Below the pieces are notes generated by a model. The model worked only from the letters and a program-made list of their open reading frames with translations. It was not told the origin of the DNA and made no database searches. Positions 10,301 to 20,995 of a stretch of 64,000 nt of DNA are shown one piece after another. The translations under genes and the position numbers were made by a program. The number at the start of each line of letters is the position of its first letter. Positions within the stretch are counted from its first letter, which is position 1. The stretch covers positions 1,024,001 through 1,088,000 of the forward strand of contig CAVVJT010000010.1 in NCBI GenBank assembly GCA_963748625.1, in the 5' to 3' direction. Source of the DNA: an uncultured Chloroflexia bacterium. Lineage in GTDB: Bacteria; Chloroflexota; Limnocylindria; Limnocylindrales; CSP1-4.

Positions 10301-11464
10301 CTACCCGGCCGCGGCGCCGTCGACGAGCGGGGCGATCCATGCCGCTGCCAGCCGCATGAGCTCCGCGTCATCGTTGAGGCTGGAGAGGTGCAGCACCTCG
10401 ACCCCGGGGTGCTCCTTGAGGAGACGCTCGGTCGTGTAGCCGACGTCGAGGATCGTCTCGTGGTTGTCGGTGACGAACCCGATCGGGACGTACACGATCG
10501 CGCGCGCGCCGGTGGTCACCAGGTTCCGCGCAGCCTGGAGCATGTCGGGCTGGGTCCAGCGCCCGGGCGTCGGGTGGTTCATCCAGCCCACGCTGATGTT
10601 CGGGAACTCGTGCCACAGCCGTTCCTTGACGGCGTGGTAGAGCGTGCGGCTGTCCCGGATGCCAGTCTCGAACCCCTTCGCCTTGTACGGGCACCCGTGG
10701 TTCAGGAGCACGACCCCGATCTGGGAGCTCGCGAGCCGCTGGCGCAGTGGCGCCACGCCGTCCCGGATGTGGCGGGCGAGGCGGTCGTGGTAGTCCGGCC
10801 GGTCATGGAAGCTTGGGAGGTACCGCAGCTCACGGACCCAGCCGCCGTCGTCACCCAGGGCGTTGTTGACCTGCTCGATCGAGAGGCCGCCCGTGTAGAC
10901 GCTGTCCACGACCAGCAGCGGGTAGATGACGAGCCGGTCGAATCCGGCGGCGCGGATCCGCGGCAGGACCTGCTCGGGCAGATAGCCGTCGCAGAAGTTG
11001 AGCGCCGTGAACACCTCGACGCGATCGCCGTACTGCTCGGCGAGGGCTGCGGCGATCCCGGCCCGCTGGCGCTCGAAAATGGCGTTGTGGGGCGACACGA
11101 AGTGGTTCGCCTTCTCGTACTCGGCTCGCGCGCGCCGGGCAAGGCGCCGCGACATGAACGGGACCGCCCGGTCCGGCAGCCGCACGGACTTGCTCACCAG
11201 CAGGCGCAGGGACAGGGCGTTGTAGTCGGCCAGGTCCGCCGAGTCCTCGACCTCGCCGTAGCCGCACAGCAGGACGGCCACCCTCGGCCCCTGGGACTGC
11301 TCGGCGTGAACGTGCTCACCGGCGCCCTCGGGGTGGTCGTGACCGTGCTCGTGATCGTGATCGTGGTCGTGGTCGTGGTCGTGGGCAGGCGCCCCGACCG
11401 GGGCCACACCGGAATCCTCGGCGGCGGCTCCCTGCTGGGGGCTGGCGGACCGCTTCCCGCTCAT
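10301..11464 (-). CDS. Ferrochelatase-family chelatase with N-terminal His/Asp-rich tract
   Basis: VLLCGYGEVE, SPHNAIFERQR, YPL...S..T, LNHGCP, PIGFVTDNHETILDV; HDHDHDHDHEHGHDH tract. Confidence 0.85.
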   Translation of the reverse strand: MSGKRSASPQQGAAAEDSGVAPVGAPAHDHDHDHDHDHEHGHDHPEGAGEHVHAEQSQGPRVAVLLCGYGEVEDSADLADYNALSLRLLVSKSVRLPDRAVPFMSRRLARRARAEYEKANHFVSPHNAIFERQRAGIAAALAEQYGDRVEVFTALNFCDGYLPEQVLPRIRAAGFDRLVIYPLLVVDSVYTGGLSIEQVNNALGDDGGWVRELRYLPSFHDRPDYHDRLARHIRDGVAPLRQRLASSQIGVVLLNHGCPYKAKGFETGIRDSRTLYHAVKERLWHEFPNISVGWMNHPTPGRWTQPDMLQAARNLVTTGARAIVYVPIGFVTDNHETILDVGYTTERLLKEHPGVEVLHLSSLNDDAELMRLAAAWIAPLVDGAAAG

Positions 11465-11595
11465 GCTCACCTCGCGACACGCAGACGAGCGGCGGGCTCG
11501 GGTCGCCGCTATGGACAGTGATCGTGCCACATCAGGTTCGCTCGGTCCAAGCAGCGGCTCCGAACCCGTCCGCCGACCCAGCGTCATCTGCACCG

Positions 11596-11668
11596 CGCCA
11601 CTCCGGCGCCCCAGCGCCACTCCGGCGCCCCGCGCCAGTCCGGCGCCCCGCGCCAGTCCGGCGCCCCA
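11596..11668. repeat. Tandem repeat of about 18 bp, four copies (GCGCCA[C/G]TCCGGCGCCCC)
   Basis: Read directly in the hemH-like/marP-like intergenic region. Confidence 0.8.
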
Positions 11669-11703
11669 CGGCGCTATCGCGGAACCTCGTCGATACTCCC
11701 GAC

Positions 11704-12879
11704 GTGAACCCGTTCGACCTTGTCGCGCTCCTCCTCCTGGTCCTCGCCGTCATGGCCGGGATCCGCACTGGCGCGCTCCCCCAGCTCGGCGGCATCAGCG
11801 GCGCGGTTGCCGGGCTCCTGCTCGTGCTCAACGCCGCGCCGTGGCTGATCGACGCCACCCGCGGCCTCGAGCCGATCCCGCGCGCCCTCGTCGTCCTGGG
11901 CGCGATCCTTGGCGCCGTGATCATCGGTGAGATGGTGGGCTCCGCGGCGGGCCGGGCGGCGGCGGGCTTCCTCGGGCCGGGCGTGCTCTCGGGCATGGAC
12001 CGGCTGGCCGGCGGCTTCGTCGGGGCGGCGCAGGCGATCCTCATCATCTGGCTCGCCGGTGGCCTCCTCGTGGCCGGGCCGTTCCCCACCCTGGCCGCCG
12101 AGGCGTCGAGCTCCACGGCCCTGCAGACCGCCGACGACTGGCTCCCGCCGCCCACCGAGATCATCGGCCAGATCGCGTCGGCGCTCGATGACACGGGCCT
12201 GCCGGATGTCTTCGTCGGTCTCGAGCCGATCCCCCTCCAGGCCGTGGACAGGCCTTCGACCACGGCTGCCGAGCGCATCGCCCAGGCTGCTGTCGGCGGC
12301 ACCGCGCGGGTGGTCGCCCTCGCCTGCGACTCGCAGATCGCGGGCACGGCGGTGCTGGTCGCGGACGACTACCTCGTGACGAACGCCCACGTCGTGGCGG
12401 GCGCGACCACGATCCGCGTGGCGCTGGGCGACCAGGTGCTCGACGGCACGGCGGTCCTCTTCGACCCCCACCTGGACGTGGCGGTCCTCCACGTGCGGGG
12501 CCTCGACGGCGACGTGCTCCGCTTCGCGGCGAGCGATCCGGCGCGCGGGACGGTGGGCGCCGCGGTCGGGTTCGCGGGGGGCGGGCCGATGGTCATCCTC
12601 CCGGCGGGCGTCGCCGGCCAGTACGCGGCGACCGGCCGCGACATCTACGGAACCACGCGCGTGACGCGCCAGGTCCTGGAACTGCGAGCGCGGATCGAGC
12701 CCGGCGACTCGGGAGGGCCGCTGGTGCTCGAGGACGGGATGATCGGCGGGCTGGTCTTCGCCGAGAGCAAGTCCGACCCGGATGTCGGCTATGCACTCAC
12801 ACCCACGGCGGTCGCCGTCGCGATGGCCCCCGCGATCGGGCGCACGGGGAGCGCGGACCTGGGGCCCTGCATCCGCTGA
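11704..12879 (+). CDS. CvpA-domain membrane-anchored trypsin-like serine protease (MarP/Rv3671c-like)
   Basis: N-terminal TM helices; VTNAHVV (His), DVAVL (Asp), PGDSGGPL (Ser). Confidence 0.88.
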   Translation: MNPFDLVALLLLVLAVMAGIRTGALPQLGGISGAVAGLLLVLNAAPWLIDATRGLEPIPRALVVLGAILGAVIIGEMVGSAAGRAAAGFLGPGVLSGMDRLAGGFVGAAQAILIIWLAGGLLVAGPFPTLAAEASSSTALQTADDWLPPPTEIIGQIASALDDTGLPDVFVGLEPIPLQAVDRPSTTAAERIAQAAVGGTARVVALACDSQIAGTAVLVADDYLVTNAHVVAGATTIRVALGDQVLDGTAVLFDPHLDVAVLHVRGLDGDVLRFAASDPARGTVGAAVGFAGGGPMVILPAGVAGQYAATGRDIYGTTRVTRQVLELRARIEPGDSGGPLVLEDGMIGGLVFAESKSDPDVGYALTPTAVAVAMAPAIGRTGSADLGPCIR

Positions 12880-12921
12880 GGCGTTCGAGGCCGAGCTGCA
12901 ACCGGGGCTAGCATGAGCGCC

Positions 12922-14712
12922 ATGCCTGATGCCACCACGTCCCCGGACCGCTCCCTGCCGCCGGCCCTCGCCGCCCTCGCCGCCGACTACTGGGAGGCCT
13001 CGCTCGCACGCAACCCCGTCGGGGCCACTGCCCTCGGCGACAACCGGTACGGGGACCGGCTCGACGACCACTCGCCGGACGGGACGGCCGCCGCCCTGGC
13101 CGACCTCCAGGCGCAGGCCGACCGCCTGACCGCCATCCGCGAGGACGACACCTGGACCGGCGAGGCCCGCCTGACGCGCGCCGCCCTGGACGAGGCGATT
13201 GCGTCCGACACGCTCGACCTGCGCACCGGGCTTCGGGCCTGGAACGTGGACCCGATGGACGGCGTCCCGACGTCCCTGCTCGGCATCGCGGACTTCCAGC
13301 CGCTCGTCACCCCTGCCGACGGTGAGGCCATGGTGGCCCGCTGGCGCGCGATGGGCGCCTACACGGACACGTACCGGGCGAACCTGGAGCGCAGCCTGGC
13401 TGATGGGCTGGTCGCCTGCCACGCCCCGGCCGACCGGGTGCGCGCGATGCTGGCCGAGCTGCTGGCCGCCGACGATTCGACCTGGCCCTTGCTCGCGGCG
13501 CTGGCCGAGGCTGAAGCCACGGCCGCGGCCGGCGCCGACGTCACTGGCGCAAGCCCCCTCGCCACCTGGTCCCCGGCCGACCGCGACCGCTTCGCCAACG
13601 GGCTGCGCACCGCCGTCGCCGAGTCCATCCGCCCCGCCTTCGCCCGCCTCCACGTCACCCTCTCGGAGCGGATCCTGCCGGCCGCCCGCCCGAACGAGCG
13701 TCCCGGCCTCTGCCACATCGACGGCGGCCTCGACGCCTACCGCGGCCTCATCCGCGTGCACACCTCGCTCGACCTGACCCCCGACGAGCTGCACGCCACC
13801 GGCCTCGCCGAGATCGACCGGATCGACCGCGAGCTGACCGGGCTGGCTGCACGCACCATCGGCACCCGCACCCTGCCCGACGCCCTCGTCGCCCTCCGCT
13901 CGGACCCGGCCCTGTGTTTCGCCACCCGCGACGAGGTCCGCGCCAAGGCAGAGAGCAGCCTTGCGCGAGCGACCGAGGCGATCCCTGACTGGTTCGGGCG
14001 CCTGCCCATCGCGCCCTGCGAGGTCGTCGTCATGGGCGACCTCGAGTCCGAGCACTCGACCATCGCCTTCTACCGCCAGCCCGCCGTCGACGGTTCCCGG
14101 CCCGGCCAGTACTACATCAACACCTGGAAGCCCGAGACCCGGACCCGCTACGAGGCGGAAGTCCTCGCCTACCATGAGGCCATCCCGGGCCACCACCTCC
14201 AGATCGCCATCGGCCAGGAGCTCGCGATCGAGGCCGAGTTCCGGCGCCACCTCGGGCCCACCGCGTTCTTCGAGGGCTGGGGCCTGTACACCGAGCGCCT
14301 GTCCGACGAGATGGGCCTCTACTCCGGGGACCTCGACCGCATCGGCGTCCTGTCGTTCGACGCGTGGCGGGCCTCGCGGCTCGTGGTGGACACCGGCATG
14401 CACGCATTCGGCTGGTCGCGCCGGCAGGCGATCGACTTCATGCTGGAGCACACGGCCCTCGCCGAGAACAACATCGTCAACGAGGTGGACCGCTACATCA
14501 CGACGCCCGGTCAGGCCCTCGCGTACAAGACCGGCCAGCTGGAGCTGCTCCGCCTGCGCACCGAGGCCCGCACCGCGCTCGGTCCGCGCTTCGACATCCG
14601 CGCCTTCCACGACACGGTGCTCGGCAGCGGCGCCGTCTCGCTGCCCGTCCTGCGCTCGATGGTGGAGGCATGGGTCGCCGGGGTCCTTGGCGGGGTGCCC
14701 GGCGAGGCCTGA
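12922..14712 (+). CDS. DUF885 family protein (putative metallopeptidase)
   Basis: [49 protein letters not shown]; start 12922 or 12913. Confidence 0.9.
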   Translation: MPDATTSPDRSLPPALAALAADYWEASLARNPVGATALGDNRYGDRLDDHSPDGTAAALADLQAQADRLTAIREDDTWTGEARLTRAALDEAIASDTLDLRTGLRAWNVDPMDGVPTSLLGIADFQPLVTPADGEAMVARWRAMGAYTDTYRANLERSLADGLVACHAPADRVRAMLAELLAADDSTWPLLAALAEAEATAAAGADVTGASPLATWSPADRDRFANGLRTAVAESIRPAFARLHVTLSERILPAARPNERPGLCHIDGGLDAYRGLIRVHTSLDLTPDELHATGLAEIDRIDRELTGLAARTIGTRTLPDALVALRSDPALCFATRDEVRAKAESSLARATEAIPDWFGRLPIAPCEVVVMGDLESEHSTIAFYRQPAVDGSRPGQYYINTWKPETRTRYEAEVLAYHEAIPGHHLQIAIGQELAIEAEFRRHLGPTAFFEGWGLYTERLSDEMGLYSGDLDRIGVLSFDAWRASRLVVDTGMHAFGWSRRQAIDFMLEHTALAENNIVNEVDRYITTPGQALAYKTGQLELLRLRTEARTALGPRFDIRAFHDTVLGSGAVSLPVLRSMVEAWVAGVLGGVPGEA

Positions 14713-14751
14713 ACGTCGTCCCCGGCGAGGCCTGAACGTCGTCCCCGGCGG
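14698..14751. repeat. 23-bp tandem duplication (CCCGGCGAGGCCTGAACGTCGTC) spanning the DUF885 stop codon
   Basis: About 2.3 copies read directly. Confidence 0.8.
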
Positions 14752-14959
14752 GGCCTGCTCGCGGTCAAGTCGTGCGCCTTGCGGGCTGGTGCCACGACGG
14801 CCGCGGTCGCAGGTGATCCGCGCCCGCCACGGCGTGGCACCCGGACCCGCCGATGCGTGGCACGGGCGTGGCACCCGACGCCGTGCACGCGCGATACTGG
14901 AGCACCGACTCCGCCTGCAGCCCCCGCCGAGCGTCACCGCACCCCACCCCGAGGATTCC

Positions 14960-16714
14960 ATGGCCGCCGATCGCCCGCTCCCCTACTCCCGCCCCGCCGA
15001 TCCCGGCAAGCGGCACAGCCACGCGCTGACCGACGGCCCCGACCGCGCCGCCGCGCGCGCCATGCTCAAGGCGGTCGGCTTCACGGACGACGACCTGGCC
15101 CGGCCGATCGTCGGCGTCGCGACGACCTGGATCGAGACCATGCCCTGCAACCTCAACCAGCGCAGGCTTGCCGAGTTCGTGAAGGAGGGCATCCGGACAG
15201 CGGGCGGCACGCCGATGGAGTTCGGCACGATCTCCGTGTCGGACGGCGTCTCGATGGGCACGGAGGGCATGAAGGCCAGCCTCATCAGCCGCGAGGTCAT
15301 CGCGGACTCGATCGAGCTGGTGGCGCGGGGCCACCTGTTCGACGGGCTGGTCGTGCTCGTGGGCTGCGACAAGACCATCCCGGCTGGCGCCATGGCGCTC
15401 GGCCGCCTCGACATCCCGGGGCTCGTCCTCTACAACGGCACGATCATGCCCGGCACCTACAAGGGCCAGCCGGCCGACGTCGTGACCGTGTTCGAGGCCA
15501 TCGGCGCCTACCGCGCGGGCAAGATCACGCTCGAGGAGCTGTACGACGCGGAGAACGGTGCCTGCCCGGGTGCCGGCGCCTGCGGCGGCCAGTTCACGGC
15601 CAACACCATGTCGATGTTCCTCGAGCTCCTGGGCCTGTCGCCCGCGGGCCTCAACGGCATCCCGGCCGAGGACCCCAAGAAGGATGAGGCCGCCCGCAAG
15701 GCCGGCGAGCTCGTCATGACGCTCGTCCACCATGACATCCGCCCGTCGTCGATCGTGACCCGCAACTCCGTCGAGAACGCGGTCGCGGGCGTGGCCGCCA
15801 CCGGCGGGTCCACCAACGCCGTGCTCCACACCCCGGCCATCGCCGCCGAGTTCGGCATCGCCTGGAGCGTGGACGACTTTGCCGCCGTCGCGGACCGCAC
15901 CCCGCTCATCGGCGACATGCGCCCCGGCGGCCGCTACCTCGCGGCTGACCTGTATGAGGCTGGCGGCGTCGCCATCGTGGCCAAGGAGCTCATGAAGCAG
16001 GGCCTCCTCCATGGCGAGGAGCACACCGTGGACGGGCGCACGATCGCGAGGATCGCCGCCGACGCCGTGGCCACCGAAGGCCAGCAGGTGGTCAAACCGA
16101 TCGAGACGCCGATCAAGCCGTTCGGCGGGCTCACCATCCTCAAGGGTTCGCTCGCCCCTGAGGGCTGCGTGGTGAAGCTGGCCGGCCACGAGCGTCGCTC
16201 GCACCAGGGTCCGGCGCGCGTGTTCGACAGCGAGCACGCCTGCTTCCTCGCCGTCCAGGACCGCCGGATCAACGAGGGCGATGTCGTCGTGATCCGGTAC
16301 GAGGGCCCCGTCGGCGGTCCCGGCATGCAGGAGATGCTCTCGGTCACGGGCGCCATCCAGGGCCAGGGCATCGGCGAGGGGGTCGCGCTCATCACCGACG
16401 GCCGGTTCTCCGGCGGCACCCACGGGCTGATGATCGGGCACGTGGCCCCCGAGGCCGCCGTGGGCGGGCCGATCGCGCTGATCGAGGAGGGCGACATCAT
16501 CACGGTCGACGTGGACGCGAAGGAGCTCAACCTCGAGGTCGCCCCCGAGGTGCTCGCCGAGCGCCGCGCCCGCTGGACGCCGCCGGCGCCGCGCTACACG
16601 AGCGGTGTGTTCGCCAAGTACGCCGCGTTGGTCTCGTCGGCGTCCGAGGGCGCGATCACGAGCGGCGCGCCACTCCGCCGGGCGCTGGCGGCCCGCGCCA
16701 GCGATGTGAAGTAG
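14960..16714 (+). CDS. ilvD: Dihydroxy-acid dehydratase
   Basis: [58 protein letters not shown]. Confidence 0.96.
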   Translation: MAADRPLPYSRPADPGKRHSHALTDGPDRAAARAMLKAVGFTDDDLARPIVGVATTWIETMPCNLNQRRLAEFVKEGIRTAGGTPMEFGTISVSDGVSMGTEGMKASLISREVIADSIELVARGHLFDGLVVLVGCDKTIPAGAMALGRLDIPGLVLYNGTIMPGTYKGQPADVVTVFEAIGAYRAGKITLEELYDAENGACPGAGACGGQFTANTMSMFLELLGLSPAGLNGIPAEDPKKDEAARKAGELVMTLVHHDIRPSSIVTRNSVENAVAGVAATGGSTNAVLHTPAIAAEFGIAWSVDDFAAVADRTPLIGDMRPGGRYLAADLYEAGGVAIVAKELMKQGLLHGEEHTVDGRTIARIAADAVATEGQQVVKPIETPIKPFGGLTILKGSLAPEGCVVKLAGHERRSHQGPARVFDSEHACFLAVQDRRINEGDVVVIRYEGPVGGPGMQEMLSVTGAIQGQGIGEGVALITDGRFSGGTHGLMIGHVAPEAAVGGPIALIEEGDIITVDVDAKELNLEVAPEVLAERRARWTPPAPRYTSGVFAKYAALVSSASEGAITSGAPLRRALAARASDVK

Positions 16715-16730
16715 CGTCAGGACGCGATCG

Positions 16731-17624
16731 ATGGGGCTGCGGCTCTCGTTCAAGACGTCGCCGCAGCGGGTCGACTGGGCCACGCTCGATGCGACCTGGA
16801 CGCTCGCCGGCGAGCTGGGCGGCTGGGACGGCGCGTGGCTCAACGACCACCTGACCGACGTGAACCCGGACATGCCGGGTGCGTCGCTCGAGGCGTTCAC
16901 GCTCGCGGCGGCGCTGGCCCACCGGGTGCCCGGCGTACGCATCGGCCACGGCGTGCTGTCGAACACGTTCCGCCACCCGGTCCTGGTCGCGAAGGCGGCG
17001 ATCGTGATGGACCACGCGACCCGCGGTCACTTCGCGGTGGGCCTTGGCGCGGGCTGGTTCGAGGGCGAGCACGAGCCGTTCGGGATACCTCTGCAGCCCA
17101 TCGGGGAGCGGATCAGCCGGCTCATCTCTGCGGTCGAGGTGATGCAGGCGCTCTGGTCGCCGGCCGCCGCCACCCCGCCCGGCGTCACGCGCGGGGACCC
17201 CTTCTACCCGCTCGACGGCGCCGTCTGCGCGCCCGGCCCGTTCACGCCAGGCGGGCCGCCCGTGATCCTCGGCGGGCAGAGGCCGCGGGGGATCGCGCTT
17301 GCCGCACGCAGGGCAGCGGGCTGGATCCTCACCGGCACCGAGGCCGGGCAGGTGGACTACTTCATCGAGAAGCGGGACATGCTGCGACGCGCGCTCGAGG
17401 CCGAAGGGCGGAACCCGGCGGGCTTCGAGCTCATCGGGCAGGTCCACTGCGCCGATGATGCGCCGTCGCGCACGACGGCCCTGGCGCGAGCCCGTGACAT
17501 GGTCGCCGCCGGCGCGACCGAGATGGTGATCGGCGTGCCGGCCGCCCTCGGGCCGTCGGTGCTGGAGCAGGCCTGGCGCGACGTGTACCTCCCCCTCCGC
17601 GCCGAGTTCGGGCCAGCCGTCTGA
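16731..17624 (+). CDS. LLM-class (luciferase-like, flavin/F420-dependent) oxidoreductase
   Basis: WLNDH, FRHPVLVAKAAIVMDH, GLGAGWFEGEH, ILGG. Confidence 0.88.
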   Translation: MGLRLSFKTSPQRVDWATLDATWTLAGELGGWDGAWLNDHLTDVNPDMPGASLEAFTLAAALAHRVPGVRIGHGVLSNTFRHPVLVAKAAIVMDHATRGHFAVGLGAGWFEGEHEPFGIPLQPIGERISRLISAVEVMQALWSPAAATPPGVTRGDPFYPLDGAVCAPGPFTPGGPPVILGGQRPRGIALAARRAAGWILTGTEAGQVDYFIEKRDMLRRALEAEGRNPAGFELIGQVHCADDAPSRTTALARARDMVAAGATEMVIGVPAALGPSVLEQAWRDVYLPLRAEFGPAV

Positions 17625-17641
17625 ACCGGGAGGAGCGATCC

Positions 17642-18589
17642 GTGCGACTGGCAGTCCATCCCCTCGCGGCTGACGACACACCGGGCATCAGGCTGTATGC
17701 GGAGCTGCGCACCTCCATCACGCCCGATGACGCGGACAGCGTGAGCAACGCGGCCTGGGAGGACGCCACGTACCCGGGGCAGGTCGTGCGGCTCCTCGCG
17801 ACGGTCGATGGCGCACCGGTCGCCACGGCCACCACGGGGCGCCTCCACATCTTCGGACCGCAGCATCCCGCCTACTACGTCGGCTGCTGGGTCCTGCCCG
17901 AGTGGCGGCGGCGGGGGATCGGGACATCGCTGGTCGACTCGGCGGCCGAAGTGGCGCGCCGGGCCGGCAAGACAGGGTTCCAGACCTGGGTCTCCGAGGA
18001 CCGGGTCGAGGGCGTGGCCTTCCTGCGCCACCGCGGTTTCGAGGTCATCGGCCGGGACAAGATCGTCGGCATGAGGCTCGAGGGCATGGCCGCCCCCGAC
18101 CCGGCCCCGCCCGCGGGGTTCGCCATCGTGCCGCTTGCCGGTCGCCCCGACCTTGTCCCGGGCGTCCACCAGGTGGCAGTCGAGGCGTTCCCGGCGATTC
18201 CGTCGGCGACGCCGATCGACCCCGGTCCGCTCGAGGAGTTCATGGCCCGAGACATCGATCACGCCGGCATTCCGCCCGAGACCTTCGCCGTGGCCATCGA
18301 GCTGGCGACGGGCCAGGTCGCAGGGTACGCAAGCCTGAAGCTCGCAACCGCTGTCCCGGGGCTCGCCTACCACGACATGACCGCGGTTCGGCCGGCGTAC
18401 CGGGGGCGGGGTCTCGCGGGGGCGCTCAAACGGGCGACCATCGCGTGGGCGATCGCGGCCGGGATCCGCGAGCTGCGCACCGGCAATGACGAGGCCAACG
18501 CGGCGATGCGGGCCGTCAACGCGAGGCTGGGCTACCTGCCGCGGCCCGACTACCTCGCGATGCGCGGCCCGCTCAGGCCCGAGCGCTGA
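17642..18589 (+). CDS. Tandem GNAT acetyltransferase
   Basis: Two acetyl-CoA motifs VLPEWRRRGIG and VRPAYRGRGLA; N..M..VN..LGY. Confidence 0.88.
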   Translation: MRLAVHPLAADDTPGIRLYAELRTSITPDDADSVSNAAWEDATYPGQVVRLLATVDGAPVATATTGRLHIFGPQHPAYYVGCWVLPEWRRRGIGTSLVDSAAEVARRAGKTGFQTWVSEDRVEGVAFLRHRGFEVIGRDKIVGMRLEGMAAPDPAPPAGFAIVPLAGRPDLVPGVHQVAVEAFPAIPSATPIDPGPLEEFMARDIDHAGIPPETFAVAIELATGQVAGYASLKLATAVPGLAYHDMTAVRPAYRGRGLAGALKRATIAWAIAAGIRELRTGNDEANAAMRAVNARLGYLPRPDYLAMRGPLRPER

Positions 18590-18875
18590 CCGTCGCCCCA
18601 CATCTGCCAGTACCCACGGCCGCACGGCCGCAATCAGACCGTGCGTCTGCGAATCGTCGGCGGCCGCGGCCGTGAGACGCCGATTCGTGCCGTAACTGCC
18701 GGAACCGTGGACGTGGCGTCCGCGTTTCGTGGCCGCAGACGCCTGTCAGCCCTGGGCAGCGAGACTTCACAGACGCCGCGTCCACCCGGCGGTACCGACC
18801 CGGCCGACGCAGCCGGACCCAACCTTCCGCGCCGGGCCCGATCGGGCAACCGGCGCGAGCGGCATACTTCGCGTC

Positions 18876-19940
18876 GTGACCATCGATCTCAACGGCATCC
18901 GCCTGCGCAACCGCCTGCTCACGAGCGCCAGCCTTCTCGGCTACGGGGCCGGGAAGAACCGTCTGATCCTCTACGGCCTGTCACCCATCGCCCAGTGGGT
19001 GCCGCTCGAGCGGTTCGGCGCGGTCACCACGCGCACGGTCACACTCGCGCCGCGGGAAGGCCACTTCACCCTCAAGGAGGACTGGACGCTCCGCGAGTTC
19101 CCGGAGATGCTCCGCCTCTACGGCCGCGCGCTCCACCGCGTGGACTCGGGCTGGCTCAACGCCTTCGGCTGGTCGAACATCGGCATCGACCGCTACTTCG
19201 ACGAGTACTTCCCCAAGACTGCGAGGCTCAACCGTATCGTCAGCGTCGGCGGCTTCAGCCCCGATGAGGTCGAGCAGCTCGTGGACATCGTCAACGAGCG
19301 CGCGCGGCCCGGCGAGATCGCCGCGATCGAGCTCAACGCCTCCTGCCACAACGTCAACTTCCCGTTCGCCACGATCCTGGAGGAGGCCCTCGCCCGCGCC
19401 GTCAGGACCAGCCGCCACCCGATCATCCTCAAGGTCAGCCCCGACGAGGACTACAGGTGGCAGGCCGGCCTCGCCCAGCGCTACGGCGCCGCCGCGGTCA
19501 CGGCCATCAACACCGTGAAGGGCCTGCGCCTGCACCCCGACACCGGCGAGCCGTACCTCAAGAACCGCTACGGCGCGATCTCCGGGCGCGCGATCAAGCC
19601 CATCGGCCTGCGCGTCGTCGCCGAGCTGCGTGATGCCGGCTTCAAGCTCCCGATCATCGCCAACGGCGGCATCTCCACGTACGACGACTGCCGCGAGTAC
19701 TTCTGGGCCGGCGCCGACGCCGTGAGCCTGGGCTCCGCCGTCTGGCTCAAGCCGATGCCGCTCTACGCCCTCGGGCCGCTCGAGGGCCTGCGGATCCGGC
19801 GCCTGATCGACAGGGTCGCCCGGTACACACCGCCCGCCACCGCGCCCCACTGGGAGCCCGGAACCACGCCCGATCCGGAGCCCGGGCCCGCGCGGATCCG
19901 GCTCGTCCCACGGTCCGGCTCGGGCCGCCCCGTCCCGTGA
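18876..19940 (+). CDS. Dihydroorotate dehydrogenase-like FMN oxidoreductase (divergent)
   Basis: ELNASCHN, ILKVSP, AINT, GAISGRAIKP, IIANGGI, GADAVSLGS. Confidence 0.8.
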   Translation: MTIDLNGIRLRNRLLTSASLLGYGAGKNRLILYGLSPIAQWVPLERFGAVTTRTVTLAPREGHFTLKEDWTLREFPEMLRLYGRALHRVDSGWLNAFGWSNIGIDRYFDEYFPKTARLNRIVSVGGFSPDEVEQLVDIVNERARPGEIAAIELNASCHNVNFPFATILEEALARAVRTSRHPIILKVSPDEDYRWQAGLAQRYGAAAVTAINTVKGLRLHPDTGEPYLKNRYGAISGRAIKPIGLRVVAELRDAGFKLPIIANGGISTYDDCREYFWAGADAVSLGSAVWLKPMPLYALGPLEGLRIRRLIDRVARYTPPATAPHWEPGTTPDPEPGPARIRLVPRSGSGRPVP

Positions 19941-20986
19941 CGTCGCCCCGGCCATCCGGCCCCGCGATCCTGCCCCGGGTCGCGGTCGTCACCACCGGCG
20001 GCACCATCGATTCTGTCGGGGCGGACCGCCTGGACCTCGCGGCCTACCTTGAGACCGGCGTCCGCCTGGAGCCCGGCGCCCTGCTCGAGGGCATCGCCCC
20101 GGAGCTCGCGACCATCGCGGATGTCGTGGAGGTCCCCTTCCGGCGCCTCAGGGCCCACGCGATGACCGACGCCGACCTGGCCGACCTGGCCGATGGCATC
20201 CGACGCCTGCTCGATGCCGACGGGGCCGGAGGGCCGGCCGCAGTCGATGGGGTCGTCGTCACCCACGGTACCAACACCCTCGAGGAGACCGCGTGGCTCC
20301 TCCAGCTGGTGATCGCCACCGAGCGCCCGATCGCCATCACCGGCGCCATGCGTCCTGCCTCCGCGCTCTCCGGTGACGGTCCGCTGAACCTGGTGAACGC
20401 CGTCCGGGTCGCGGCATCGGAACACGCGCGCCGCCTCGGCGTTCTCGTGGTGCTCGACGACACCATCCACGCCGCCCGCGATGTCACCAAGTCCGACACG
20501 CTCCGCGTCCACGCCTTCCGCGACGGAGCGGCCGGACCCCTGGGCTGGATCGACGGCGACGGCCGGCTGACCCTCGCCCACCTGCCCGCCCGCGGCTGGC
20601 AGCTCGAGGGCCGGTTCGCCGGCGCCGACCTCCGCACCCTCCCCCGTGTCGACATCGTCGCCACCTACCAGGGGGCCGACGGCGCGCTGGTCGATGCCGC
20701 CGTGGCCGCCGGCGCCAAGGGCATCGTGAGCGCAGGCACCGGCGCGGGCTACCCGACCGATCGCGAGGTCGAGGCGCTCGAGCGCGCGTCCGCCACCGGC
20801 GTCGCCGTCGTCCAGGCGTCGCGCGTGGGCGCCGGCCGCGTCCCGCCGACCCCGTCGCTCGCCCGCCGCGGCTGGATCGCCGCGGGCGACCTCAACCCCT
20901 GGAAGACCCGGATCCTGCTCCGTCTCGCACTCGCCATCGGCATCGCGGACGCTGCCGGCCTCCAGGCGCTCTTCGACGAGGCCTGA
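19937..20986 (+). CDS. L-asparaginase family protein
   Basis: TTGGTI, VTHGTNTLEET, TGAMRP, DGPLNL; overlaps the upstream stop. Confidence 0.92.
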   Translation: MTSPRPSGPAILPRVAVVTTGGTIDSVGADRLDLAAYLETGVRLEPGALLEGIAPELATIADVVEVPFRRLRAHAMTDADLADLADGIRRLLDADGAGGPAAVDGVVVTHGTNTLEETAWLLQLVIATERPIAITGAMRPASALSGDGPLNLVNAVRVAASEHARRLGVLVVLDDTIHAARDVTKSDTLRVHAFRDGAAGPLGWIDGDGRLTLAHLPARGWQLEGRFAGADLRTLPRVDIVATYQGADGALVDAAVAAGAKGIVSAGTGAGYPTDREVEALERASATGVAVVQASRVGAGRVPPTPSLARRGWIAAGDLNPWKTRILLRLALAIGIADAAGLQALFDEA

Positions 20987-20995
20987 TCCGCGCGA

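Noticed and set aside
11596-11668. 18-bp tandem repeat as a functional element
   Set aside because: Simple GC-rich VNTR with no spacers or other copies seen; likely slippage.
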